Notes: a model not told the origin generated them from the letters alone. DNA of 64,000 nucleotides from Torpedo marmorata (GCA_977017645.1 CDRNVU010000074.1:1984001-2048000), one strand, 5' to 3'. Counted from the stretch's first letter, positions 25,501-38,273 are shown. Made by a program: numbers and translations.

Positions 25501-26383
25501 ATAGAGTTAAGTCAAAAATTAATGATGTCACTTATCTCAGAGAAACCCCTAATCGCAGACGAGACACACAGGTGTGTCCTGTGAATATGATTAAGCCATA
25601 TTTTGAACAGGTGCCGGGAAAAAGGACTGAACATTTATCAGATGTGCTGGTTATTGACAGAGGTAAGGAGGAGACAGATAAAACCAGTTTCAGAGAGGGT
25701 CCTGGGACTGTTAATTCTCAGGGTTATGCAGTAGGACAGGGGAAGTTGGCGCCAGAAGAGGCAAAGGCTGTGACTATTTCTGAGTTCCCTGTTCCAACTG
25801 GTAAGAAAACTCTGAAAAGGTTCCTGGGACTGATTCGTTACTTCCGCAAGTTCTGTAAAATCTTTGCGGATCTTGCGCTTCCTGTCACAAATTTGCTTGG
25901 AAAGAAAGAAAAATTTGTATGGTCAAAAGGTTTTCAGAAAACATTTGTCAAATTGATAGCCATGATATGCCACCACCCTGTGCTTAAGTCACCTAATTTA
26001 GAACAGCCGTTTCTTTCGCCGTGGATGCCAGCGATGAAGCTGTGGGTGCGGTGCTGTTACAGAAGAAGAACGAAGAAGACATTGACCATCCGGTATCTTA
26101 CTTCTCAAAAAAGTTCAATGATCATCAAAGGAATTATTCAACCATAGAAAAAGATTTGTTGGCTCTTCTGTTGTCTCTGCAACACTTTGATGTGTATATC
26201 TGTACAGCTCAGGAACCACCAATAGTGTATACTGACCATAATCTATTGGTTTTTCTTTGTAAAATGAAAAATAAGAATCGACGGTTGTTGAATTGGAGTC
26301 TAATCTTGCAAGAATATGATTTGGTAATAACACATATAAAAGGGAAATATAATATAATTGCTGATTGTCTTTCTATATGTTAA
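22553..26383 (+). pseudogene. Gmr1-like Gag-PR-IN-(RT core deleted)-RT thumb-RNase H polyprotein, copy 1, with stops and frameshifts
   Basis: Capsid/SCAN-like LQAYELVPEAYRQKFR; Zn knuckle CHYCRKAGHMIASC; protease LRD(I/T)GAAQS; integrase H..H..CRACHTC, DCVGP, SDQG, ERFHSTLK. Then KPY, about 35 aa, TVNSQGYAVGQG, RFLGLIRYFRKF, and RNase H DASD..NYSTIEK..YTDH..ADCLS. No YxDD motif. Confidence 0.93.
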
Positions 26384-26448
26384 ACTTTATCAATGAAAAT
26401 AGTTCATATTTTGTATTTGTGGATTAACATTGTAGATTTTGTTTATAT

Positions 26449-27346
26449 TGTTATTGACCATGACTGACGATTTGAACTGCGGACGGTCAGCAGGAAGGAT
26501 GAAGTCTTTTGGAGTATACACTGGGGCCAGGTACTGAAAGAGTTAACTTCCCCAGCTACTTGGTGTACCCAGACAAGATACATTGTTGCACTCTTGGTGT
26601 ACCCAGACAGAGAGAGACCAGAGAAAGAGAGACAGACTGGATAAGATACATTTGTTTCACTTTTTCAAAAAGCAGGGGCAGATCTCCGCAAAGCAGACAC
26701 AGTTGTGAGATGCATGGCTACAAGACACAGCCAAATCCAGGCGTGTGCAAAGTCAGAGGAGAAAGACTGACAGAATAGCACATGGCCTCCTGTCTCAGAG
26801 AGATTCTGAGAAAAAGCAACTTCTGTGGAGAACAGGCGTGAGATCAGCGAGACAAGCTGTGAGATTCAAGCATACGCCTAAATCAGTGGTATACTGATCT
26901 GGAACTTGCAATCCTTATGAACCTACAAGAAGGGAACGTCATCAGAGAAGAAAACAAGTATTTGTAAGCATAATCAGTCATTGTCTCTCTCCAACGTTCA
27001 TTCAGAAGTACTTCTACCAGACACAGAGAAAAAGTTGAAGCCTGAACTTAGAGAGTGGAATTTGTCGACTGTATTATCCTTTTTTTTTTGACTGACTTGT
27101 TTTTTATGACTGACCTGGGGTTTTTGGGGAAAGTTTTTTTTTCCATTTTTACATAAGGGTTGGGCACAGACTGTAATGGTCTGGGCTTTACACACACACC
27201 TTTTAGATAAGAACAGTGTTTATAGACGTTTATAGTGGGGTTAATTGTTGTGAAATTATATGTATACTTGTATGTAATAAATATAAATTTCAATTTTACT
27301 CCCTTTGCATTTCGTCTTCTGTCGTTGCTGGTTTGAATATGTAACA
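26449..27346 (+). mobile_element. Family A chimeric LTR (5' part like 31381, 3' part like 21478)
   Basis: Starts TGTTATTGACC like 31381. Its 3' part carries 21478-specific variants: GAACAGTG, TGTATACTTGTATG, TTTTACTCCC and a PBS reading GCTCGTTCTCGGG. Confidence 0.9.
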
Positions 27347-27482
27347 AAATTGGGGGCTCGTTCTCGGGATTTGAAATAAAAATACATCTTGGTAATTGAA
27401 GGAATCCCAGTCTGGTTTAAGGCATTCCTTTTGTAAAGCTAACTGAAAGCTAGTGTGTGTGTGTAACGAAAAACCAGCAACA

Positions 27483-30400
27483 ATGGATCTAGGAGTAATT
27501 TTTGGAATCACCTGAACCTGATACTTTAAAAAAGGTCAAAAAGCAACAGTAAGTGGATATAGCAACAAAGTTGGGCTTTGCGTCTGTAAAACCATCAATG
27601 AAAAAGCAGAGATTGGGAGAAAAATAGTCAAATACTATATAAAATAAAAAAGTTTGAGGAGAGCTTGTTTGAGCAGTTTCGCAAGGGTAAACCTTCTGAA
27701 AACATACAGTTGGAAATAAAGAAATTGGAATTGGAGGCAGCCAGGGAACAAAAGAAAGTAGACACGGAATTAGAAAAAAAGAAATTGGAATTGGAACAAA
27801 AGAGATTAGACTTAGATAACGAGGATAAAAATAGGATATATGTGCTGGAAAAGATAAAGTTGGAAAATGTGGGGAGACTAGAAGAGCACCAAGATCAAAT
27901 TCGTCATCCTGCTGAGGGGATTTTGGCTAGTAGAGAAGTTAGGTTGGTTCCTCCATTTGAGGAGGCAGAAATAGAAACGTACTTCCAACATTTTGAGAAG
28001 GTGTCTGTGAAATTAAAATGGCCACAAGACCAATGGTCTCTTATGTTACAAAGTGTAATAAAAGGAAAAGCTCAGCAAGCTTATTCTACTCTTACCACGG
28101 AGTAAGCTGCTGATTATGAAACGGAGAAAAAGGCTATACTCCAGGCTTATGAGTTAGTTCCAGAGGCTTATAGACAGAAGTTTAGAAATTTAAAAAGATC
28201 AGTAACCCAATCTTATACAGAGTTTGCCTATGAAAAGTTTGTGTGTTTGACAGGTGGTGCACATCTAAGGCAGTAAACAATGATTACAATCAATTGAGAG
28301 AATTGATAATAATCGAGGAGATAAAAAGGTGTGTTCCTGAGGATATTAAGGGATACTTAGATGAAAAGGAGGTGAAAACATCGCAAAATTCAGCTAAGTT
28401 AGCAGATGAATATGCTTTAACCCACAAGCCTAAGTGGACGTCAGGCAGAATATTCCAAAAGGTCACCGTTGATAATCCAAAGCAAGTGGAAAGTAAATTT
28501 GGAAGTCGTGTTAAGGAAAGGGATGAAGGAAAGTGCAAAAGGGAAAACCATTCAGGTCCCATTTGCCACTACTGTAGGAAGGCTGGTCATATGGTAGCAA
28601 GCTGTCCAGTGTTGAAAAAGAAGAGAGAAAAGAAGGCAACACCTCATGCTTGCATTCTGAGTGAGAAGAGGCATAACACCCAGGAAGGAGATACATTTAC
28701 TGACAAAGTTAGAGATGTATTTAAACATTTTGTGACTGATGGTTTTGTTTCAGTTAAGGCAGGATCTAAACAAGTTCCAGTGAAAATCTTGCGAGATATT
28801 GGAGCTGCTCAGTCACTTGTGTTAGATAGTGTCTTGGAATTTTGTAAAGCTACTGAAACCGGTGACAAAAATTTAATTAAAGGAGTTGGGGGTGATGTTG
28901 AGTCCATTCCTTTGCACAAAATAGTGTTGGACTCAGACTTGGTGGAAGGACCAGTTATAATAGGAGTGAGATCAGAGTTGCCAGTAGAAGAAGTCTCACT
29001 GTTTCTAGGCAATGACTTGGCCAAGGGTAAAGTAGTTTCTGCAGTGCGAATGACCACTAAGCCAGTAATTGATAAGTCAGAGAACGACTCTGATATTCAT
29101 CGGGCATGTGCCATAACCAGGGCCATGTCTAAGAAAAATGTCACTGTAGAGAAGGCAATGGAAAATAACTTAGTGAAAGAAAAAAACAGTGATAATCAAG
29201 AAAACCTGGAAAAGGTTGAGCAGTCTCCAGTGTTACACCCATCCACTGATAAGACACCTAAAGGCACAGATTTGTGACTATCCCGAAAGGAGCTAATGGC
29301 AAGGCAAAAGGACGATCCAGATCTTGCTGAGGTGAGGGATAAGGTTCTCTCTGAAGAAGAGATTACAAAGGTGCCATTAGGTTATTATGAAAAAGATGGG
29401 GTGTTGATGAGAAAGTGGAGACCACGTGATGTTCCTGCCAATGAAGAATGGGCAGTAGTGCAGCAGGTTGTGATCCCTAAAGTATATAGGGATGAAATAA
29501 TAACTTTGGCTCATAGTACACCCTTAGGTGGTCATCTTGGGGTGAAGAAAACTATAAGTAAGATAATGAAACAATTTTATTGGCCCAGTTTGAGAAGGGA
29601 GGTTGTAAGCTTTTGCCGGGCCTGTCACACTTGTCAGGTGGTGGGTAAACCTAATCAGGGTCACCCGGTGGCACCGTTGCAACCTATCCCTGCTTTCAGT
29701 GAGCCTTTACCGAGAGTAATTGTGGACTGTGTTGGCCCATTGCCCAAAACCAAAGCGGGGAATGAGTATTTGTTGACAATTATGTGTGCAGCCACCAGAT
29801 TTCCAGAGGTAATTCCTCCAAGAAACATAAAAGCAAAGTCCATTGTAAAGGCTATGGAAAAGTCTTTCACCTTGGTAGGTTTGCCAAGGGAAATTCAATC
29901 AGATCAGGGCAGTAATTTCATGTCAGGCGTTTTCCAACAAGTGGTTGATGGACTAGGAGTTAAACAGATTGTATCCTCAGCGTACCATCCAGAAAGTCAA
30001 GGGGCCTTGGAGAGGTTCCATTCGACTTTGAAAAACATGATTAGAACCTATTGTTGTGAAAAGGAAAAGGATTGGGATGAGGGGGTTCATTTGTTGTTAT
30101 TTGCAGCGAGGGAGTCTGTCCAATTATCACTTGGTTTTAGTCCATTCGAGTTAGCTTTCGGACATGAGGTGAGAGGTCGTTTAAGACAATCAAAATAACA
30201 GTTGATTAATAGTGATGTGCATTTAAATCTGTTAGATTATGTTTCCAAATGTAAGGATCGGTTACATAGGGCTTGTGAGATGGCAAAGGAGAATTTAAAG
30301 GCCACTCAACAGAGAATGAAGGATTGGTATGATCGAAAGGCTAAGATGAGAACTTTTAAACCTGGTGAGAACGTATTAGTTCTGTTTCCCATCCATTCAA

Positions 30401-31315
30401 ATCCTCTTAGGGCTAGCATTTCAGGACCATATAGAGTTAAGTCAAAAATTAATGATGTCACTTATCTCAGAGAAACACCTAATCGCAGACGAGACACACA
30501 GGTGTGATATCTGTGAATATGATTCAGCCATATTTTGAACAGGTGCCGGGAAAAAGGACTGAACATTTATCAGATGTGCTGGTTATTGACAGAGGTAAGG
30601 AGGAGACAGATAAAACCAGTTTCAGAGAGGGTCCTGGGACTGTTAATTCTCAGGGTTATGCAGTAGGACAGGGGAAGTTGGCGCCAGAAGAGGCAAAGGC
30701 TATGACTATTTCTGAGTTCCCTGTTCCAACTGGTAAGAAAACTCTGAAAAGGTTCCTGGGACTGATTCGTTACTTCCGCAAGTTCTGTAAAATCTTTGCG
30801 GATCTTGCGCTCCCTGTCACAAATTTGCTTAGAAAGAAAGAAAAATTTGTATGGTCAAAAGGTTTTCAGAAATCATTTGTCAAATTGATAGCCATGTTAT
30901 GCCACCACCCTGTGCTTAAGTCACCTAATTTAGAACAGCCGTTTCTTTCGCTGTGGATGCCAGCGATGAAGCTGTGGGTGCGGTGCTGTTACAGAAGAAG
31001 AACGAAGAGGACATTGACCATTCGGTATCCTACTTCTCAAAAAAGTTCAATGATCATCAAAGGAATTATTCAACCATAGAAAAAGATTTGTTGGCTCTTC
31101 TGTTGTCTCTGCAACACTTTTATGTGTATATCTGTACAGCTCAGGAACCACCCATAGTGTATATTGACCATAATCCATTGGTTTTTCTTTGTAAAATGAA
31201 AAATAAGAATCGACGGTTATTGAATTGGAGTCTAATCTTGCAAGAATATGATTTGGTAATAACACATATAAAAGGGAAATATAATATAATTGCTGATTGT
31301 CTTTCTATATGTTAA
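27483..31315 (+). pseudogene. Gmr1-like polyprotein lacking the RT core, copy 2 (tandem duplicate of copy 1, period ~4930 bp)
   Basis: ORFs are offset by exactly 4930 (22735/27665, 23313/28243, 24366/29296) and share inactivating stops (e.g. GTDL*, SK*). Confidence 0.93.
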
Positions 31316-32415
31316 ACTTTATCAATGAAAATAGTTCATATTTTGTATTTGTGGATTAACATTGTAGATTTTGTTTATATTGTTATTGACCATGACTGAC
31401 CATTTGAACTGCGGACGGTCAGCAGGAAGGATGAAGACTTTTGGAGTATACACTGGGGCCATGTACTGAAAGAGTTAACTTCCCCAGCTACTTGGTGTAC
31501 CCAGACAAGATACATTGTTGCACTCTTGGTGTACCCAGACAGAGAGAGACCAGAGAAAGAGAGACAGACTGGATAAGATACATTTGTTTCACTTTTGCAA
31601 AAAGCAGGGGCAGATCTCCGCAAAGCAGACACAGTTGCGAGATGCATGGCTACAAGACACAGTCAAATCCAGGCGTGTGCAAAGTCAGAGGAGAAAGACT
31701 GACAGAATAGCACATGGCCTCCTGTCTCAGAGAAATTCTGAGAAAAAGCAACTTCTGTGGAGAACAGGCGTGAGATCAGCGAGACAAGCTGTGAGATTCA
31801 AGCATACGCCTAAATCAGTGGTATACTGATCTGGAACTTGCAAGCCTTATGAACCTACAAGAAGGGGACGTCATCAGAGAAGAAAACAAGTATTTGTAAG
31901 CATAATCAGTCATTGTCTCTCTCCAACGTTCATTCAGAAGTACTTCTACCAGACACAGAGAAAAAGTTGAAGCCTGAACTTAGAGAGTGGATTTTGTCGA
32001 CTGTATTATCCTTTTTTTTTTGACTGACTTGTTTTTTATGACTGACCTGGGGTTTTTGGGGAAAGTTTTTCCATTTTTACATAAGGGTTGGGCACAGACT
32101 GTAATGGTCTGGGCTTTACACACACACACATACACCTTTTAGATATGAATAGAGTTTGTAGACGTTTATAGTGGGGTTAATATTTGTGAAATTATATGTT
32201 TACTTGTGTTTGATAAATAATAGTTTCAATTTTACCCCTTTTGCATTGCGTCTTCTGTCGTTGCTGGTTTGAATTTGTAACAAATTGGGGGCTCGTCATG
32301 GGATTTGAAACAAATTCCATCTTGGTAATTGAAGGAATCTTAGTTTGGTTTAAGGCATTCCTTTTGGTAAAGCTAATTAAAAGCTAGTGTGTGCGTAACA
32401 AAAAAACGAGCAACA

Positions 32416-35400
32416 ATGGATGTAGAAAATTTTTTGGAATCACCTGAACCTGATACTTTAAAAAAGGCGAAAAAGGAACAGTTAGTGGCTACAGCAAAAG
32501 GGTTGGGCATTGCTTCTGTAAAACCATCTAAGAAAAAGGCAGAGAATGGGAGAAGAATAGTCAAATAAAATATAAATGAAAAAAAATTTGAGGAGAGCAT
32601 GTTAGATCAGTCTCCCAAGGGTAAACCTTCTGAAAACATACAGTTGGAATTAAAGAAATTTGAATTGGAGCCAGCCAGGGAACAAAAGGAATTGTAGGCA
32701 GCCAGGGAACAAAAGGAATTGGAGGCAGCCAGGGAACAAAAGAAATTAGAGGCAGACAGGGAACAAAAGAACAGGGAATTGGAACAAAAGAAATTAGAAT
32801 TGGAATTGGAACGAAAGAAATTAGACATGAAAATGGAATTGGAACAGAAGAGATTAGACTTAGAGAACGATGAGAATAATAGGAGATATGAGCTGGAAAA
32901 GATGAGGTTGGAAAATGAGAGGAGACAAGATCAAATTCGTCATCCTGCTGAGGGGTTTTTGGCTCGTTGAGAAGTTAGGTTGGTTCCTCCATTTATGGAG
33001 GCAGAAATAGATAAGTACTTCCAACATTTTGAGAAAGTGGCTGTGAAAATAAAATGGCCACAAAGTGTAATAAAAGGAAAAGCTCAGCAAGATTATTCTA
33101 CTCTCACCACAGAGCAAGCTGCTGATTATGAAACGGTGAAAAAGGCTATACTCCAGGCTTATGAGTTAGTTCCAGAGGCTTAAAGACAGAAGTGTAGAAG
33201 TTTAAAAAGATCAGCAACCCAATATTATACAGAGTTTGCCTATGAAAGGTTTGTGTGTTTTGAGAGGTGATGCACATCTAAGGAAGTAAACAATGATTAC
33301 AATCAATTGAGAGAATTGATAATAATCGAGGAGATAAAAAGGTGTGTTCCTGAGGATATTAAGGCATACTTAGATGAAAAGGAGGTGAAAACTTGGCAAA
33401 CTTCAGCTAAGTTAGGAGATGAATATGCTTTAACCCACAAGCCTAAGTGGACGTCAGGTAGAATTTTCCAAAATGTCACGGTGGATAATCAGAAGCAAGT
33501 GGAAAGTAAATTTGGAAGTGGTGTTAAGGAAAGGGATGAAGGGAAGTGGAAAAGGGAAAACAATTCCAGTCCCATTTGCCACTACAGTAGGAAGGCTGGT
33601 CATATGCTAGCAAGCTGTCCAGTGTTGAAACAGAAGAGAGAAAAGGATGCAACACCTAATGCTTGCATTCAGAGTGAGAAGATGCATAACACCCAGGAAG
33701 GAGATAAATTTACTGACAAAGTTAAAGATGTATTTAAACATTTTGTGACTGATGGTTTTGTTTCAGTTAAGGCAGGATCAAAACAAGTGTCAGTGAAAAT
33801 CTTGCGAGATACTGGAGCTGCTCAGTCACGTGTTAGATAGTGTCTTGGAATTTTGTGAAGCTTCTGACACCGGTGACATAAATCTAATAAAATGAATTGG
33901 TGGTGAAGTTGAGTCCATTCCTTTGCACAAAATAGTATTGAACTCAGACTTGGTGGAAGGACTAGTTATAAAAGGAGTGAGATCAGAGTTGCCTGTAGAA
34001 GGAGTCTCACTCTTGTTAGGCAATGTCTTGGCCAAGGATAACGTAGTTCCTGCAGTGAGAATGACCACTAAGCCAGTCATTGATAAGTCAGAGAAACACT
34101 CTGATATTTATCCGGCATGTGCCATAACCAGGGCCATGTCTAAGAAAAATGTCACTGTAGAGAAGGCAGTGGAAAATAACTTGGTAAAAGAAAAAGAAAC
34201 TGATAATCAAGAAAACCTGGAAAAGGTTGAGCAATCTCCTATGTTACACCCATCCACTGATAAGACACCTAAATGCACAGATTTGTCACTATCCCGACAG
34301 GAGTTAATAGCAAGGCAAAAGGACGATCCTGATCTTGTTGAGATGAGTGATAAGGTTCTCTCTGAGGAGGAGATTAAGAAGGTGCCAGTAGGTTATTATG
34401 AAAAAGATGGGGTGTTGATGAGAAAGTGGAGACCACGTGATGTTCCTGCCAATGAAGAATGGGCAGTAGTGCAGCAGGTTGTGATCCCTAAAGTATATAG
34501 GGATGAAATAATAACTTTGGCTCATAGTACACCCTTAGGTGGTCATCTTGGGGTGAAGAAAACTATAAGGAAGATAAGGAAACAATTTTATTGGCCCAGT
34601 TTGAGAAGGGAGGTTGTAAGCTTTTGCCGGGCCTGTCACACTTGTCAGGTGGTGGGTAAACCTAATCAGGGTCCCCCGGTGGCACCCTTGCAACCTATCC
34701 CTGCTTTCAGTGAGCCTTTCTCGAGAGTAATTGTGGACTGTGTTGGCCCATTGCCCAAAACCAAAGCGGGGAATGAGTATTTGTTAACAATTATGTGTGC
34801 AGCCACCAGAATTCCAGAGGCCATTCCTCTGAGAAACATAAAAGCAAAGTCCATTGTAAAGGCTGTGGAAATGTTTTTCACCTTGGTAGGTTTGCCAAGG
34901 GAAATTCAATCAGATCAGGGCAGTAATTTCATGTCAGGCGTTTTCCAACAAGTGGTTGATGGACTAGGAGTTAAACAGATTGTATCCTCTGCGTACCATC
35001 CAGAAAGTCAAGGGGCTTTGGAGAGGTTCCATTCGACTTTGAAAACCATGATTAGAACCTATTGTTGTGAGAAGGAAAAGGATTGGGATGAGGGGGTTCA
35101 TTTGTTGTTATTTGCAGCGAGGGAGTCTGTCCAAGATTCACTCGGTTTTTGTCCATTCGAGTTAGTTTTCGGACATGAGGTGAGAAGTCCTTTAAGATTA
35201 TTAAAAGAACAATGGATTAATCGTGATGTGCATTTAAATCTGTTAGATTATGTTTCCAAATGTAAGGATCGGTTACATAGGGCTTGTGAGATGGCAAAGG
35301 AGAATTTAAAGGCCACTCAACAGAGAATGAAGGTTTGGTATGATCGAAAGGCGAAGATGAGAACTTTTAAACCTGGTGAGAACGTATTAGTTCTGTTTCA

Positions 35401-36325
35401 CATCCATTCAAATCCTCTTAGGGCTAGATTTTCAGGACCCTATAGAGTTAAGTCAAAAATTAGTGATGTCACCTATGTCATAGAAACACCTAAACGCTGA
35501 CGAGACACACAGGCCTGTCATGTGAATATGATTAAGCCATATTTTGAAAAGGTGCCACATAAAGGGACTGAAAATTTACCAGAGGTACTGGTTATTGTCA
35601 GGGGTAAGGAGGAGACAGATAAAACTAGTTTCAGAGAGCGTCATGGAACTGTTAATTCTCTGAGTTATGTAGTAGGACAGGCGAAGTTGGCGCCAGTAGG
35701 GGCAAAGTTTGTCGCTATTTCCGAGTTCCCTGTTCCAACTGGTAAGAAAACTCTGAGGAGGTTCCTGGGACTGATTGGCTACTACCGCAAGTTCTGTAAA
35801 AACTTTGCTGATCTTGCGCTCCCTCTCACAAATTTGCTTAGAAAGAAAGAGAAATTTGTATGGTCTACAGGTTTTAAGGAAGCATTTGTCAAATTGAAAG
35901 CCATTTTATGCCACCAACCTGTGCTTAAGTCACCTTATTTAGAACAGTCGTTTTCTTTAGCCGTGGATGCGAGCGATGAAGCTGTGGGTGCGGTGCTGTT
36001 ACAAAAGAAGAACGAAGAGGACATTGACCATCCGGTATCCTACTTCTAGAAGAAGTTCAATTATCATCAAAGGAATTGTTCAACTATACAGAAAGAGTTG
36101 TTGGCTCTTGTGTTGGCTCTACAACACTTTGATGTGTATATCTGTTCAGCTCAAAAACCACTCATAGTGTATACTGACCATAATCCATTGGTTTTTCTTT
36201 GTAAAATGAAAAATAAGAATCGACGGTTGTTGAATTGGAGTCTAATTTTGCAAGAATATAATTTGGTAATCACTCATATAAAAGGGAGAGATAATGTAAT
36301 TGCTGATTGTCGTTCTAGATGTTAA
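32416..36325 (+). pseudogene. Gmr1-like Gag-PR-IN-(RT core deleted)-RNase H polyprotein, copy 3
   Basis: ORFs at 33307 (LRDTGAAQS), 33923 (525 aa, integrase), 35522 (KPYF...RHGTVNSLSYVVGQ...FLGLIGYYRKF...VDASD) and 36098, with several stops. Confidence 0.92.
32662..32769 (+). repeat. 27-bp in-frame tandem repeat (ELEAAREQK) x4 in the Gag coiled coil
   Basis: Units read GAATTGGAGGCAGCCAGGGAACAAAAG; one has mutated to TAG. Confidence 0.85.
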
Positions 36326-37359
36326 ACTTTATCAATGAAAATAGTTCATATTTTGTATTTGTGGATGAACATTGTAGATTTTGTTTATATTCTGACACCT
36401 TACTTACTTTCCTAAATTTTGATCTTGCAGACCAAAATTTCCTTTGTGGGTGGGAGGTGTTATGGACCATGACTGACCATTTGGAAAGCGGACGGTCAGC
36501 AGGAAGGATGAAGTCTTTTGGAGTATACACTGGGGCCAGGTACTGAAAGAGTTAACTTCCCCAGCTACTTGGTGTACCCAGACAAGATACATTGTTGCAC
36601 TCTTGGTGTACCCAGACAGAGAGAGACCAGAGAGAGACAGTCAGACGAGACAAGATACATTTGTTTCACTTCTGCAAAAAGCAGGGGCTGATCTCTGCAA
36701 AGCAGACACAGTTGTGAGTTGCAAGGCTACAAGACACAGCCAAATCCGGGCGTGTGCAAAGTCAGAGGAGAAAGACTGACAGAATAGCACATGGCCTCCT
36801 GTCTCAGAGAAATTCTGAGAAAAAGCAACTTCTGTGGAGAACAGGCGTGAGATCAGCGAGACTAACTGTGAGATTCAAGCATACGCCTAAATCAGTGTTA
36901 TACTGATCTGGAACTTGCAATCCTTATGAACCTACAAGAAGGGGACGTCATTAGAGAAGAAAACAAGTATTTGTAAGAATAAACAGTCATTGTCTCTCTC
37001 CAACGTTCATTCAGAAGTACTTCTACCAGACACAGAGAAAACGTTGAAGCCTGAACTTAGAGAGTGGATTTTGTCGACTGTATTATCCTTTTTTTTTTGA
37101 CTAACTTGTTTTGTATGACTGACCTGGGGTTTTTAGGGAAGGTTTTTCCATTTTTACATAAGGGTTGGGCACAGACTGTAATGGTCTGGGCTTTACACAT
37201 ACACACATACACCTTTTAGATAAGAATAGAGTTTATAGACGTTTATAGTGGGGTTAATTGTTGTGAAATTATATGTTTACTTGTGTTTAATAAATAATAA
37301 TTTCAATTTTACCCCTTTTGCATTGCGACTTCTGTCGGTGCTGGTTTGAATTTGTAACA

Positions 37360-38273
37360 ATATTGTGACACCTCAATTAATTTCCAAACTTTTGTTCTTG
37401 CAGACCAAAATTTTCTTTGAGGGCGGGAGGTGTTATGGACCATGACTGACCATTTGGACTGCGGACAGTCAGCAGGAAGGATGAAGTCTTTTGGAGTACA
37501 CACTGGGACCAGGTACTGAAAGAGTTAACTTGTCCAGGACTTGGTGTACCCAAAGAGAGAGAGAGCAGAGAGAGACAGGCTGTGGAAAAGATACTTCGTT
37601 GCACTTTTGCAAAAGCAGGTGCAGACCTCTGAAAAAGCAGGCAGTTTGGAGTTGCAAAGGCTAGAGAACACAGCCAAATCCAGGCTTGTGCATTCCAGAG
37701 AAAAGGCTGGAAGAATAGCACATGGCCTCCTGTCTCAGAGAAATCCTGAGTTAAAAACAACTTTTGTTGAGAACAGGCGTAAGCAAAGCGAGACCAGCTG
37801 TGAGATCCAAGCACACGCCTCAATCAGTGGTATACTGATTTGGAGTCGCCATCCTCGTGAATCTCTACCAAAAGGTAAAGTCATCAGAGAAGAAAAAATC
37901 AAGCCAAGTATTCGTAAGCATAAACAGTCATTGTCTCTCTCCAACGTTCGTTGAAAAGTCCTTCTAACAGCACACAGAGCTGAATTTGGAACCTGAACTT
38001 AGAGAGTGAATGTGTGTGGACTGTATTATATTTTTTGACTGACTTAGGGTTTTTGGGGAACGTTTTTCCATTTTTACATGAGGGTTTGGCACAGACTGTA
38101 ATGGTCTGGTCTTTACATACACACACCTTTTTGATAAGAATAGTGTTTATAGATGTTTATAGTGGGGTTAATTATTGTAAAATTATATGTTTTATTGTCT
38201 TTAATCAATATAAATTTCAATTTTACCCCTTTTGCATTGCGTCTTCTGTCGTTGGTGGTTTGATTTTGTAACA
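37360..38273 (+). mobile_element. Remainder of the host 3' UTR and PPT (37360-37430) and 3' LTR (37431-38273)
   Basis: ATATTGTGACACC...GAGGGCGGGAGG, then TGTTATGGACC...TGTAACA. Confidence 0.92.

Larger units (their letters stand above)
31381..37359 (+). mobile_element. Complete nested family A element lacking the RT core (LTR 31381-32282, internal region, PPT, LTR 36458-37359) with ATAT TSD
   Basis: Both LTRs share a subtype-specific CTTGGTGTACCCAGACA duplication. PBS at about 32286 and PPT GTGGGTGGGAGG at 36446-36457. ATAT at 31377-31380 and 37360-37363 splits the host 3' UTR motif GTTTATATTGTGACACC. Confidence 0.92.

Noticed and set aside
26384-26460. Deletion of the polypurine tract in copies 1 and 2
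   Set aside because: The missing 3' UTR and PPT are found at 37360-37430. A nested insertion with an ATAT TSD explains the junction better than a deletion.
21478-38273. Endogenous gammaretrovirus, suggested by the MLV-identical tRNA-Pro PBS
   Set aside because: There is no env, integrase precedes the RT thumb and RNase H, and the protein motifs are Gypsy/Gmr1-type.
36458-38273. TRIM-like mini-element (LTR-71 bp-LTR)
   Set aside because: There is no PBS in the spacer and the two LTRs are different subtypes. The spacer is the host element's 3' UTR remnant.
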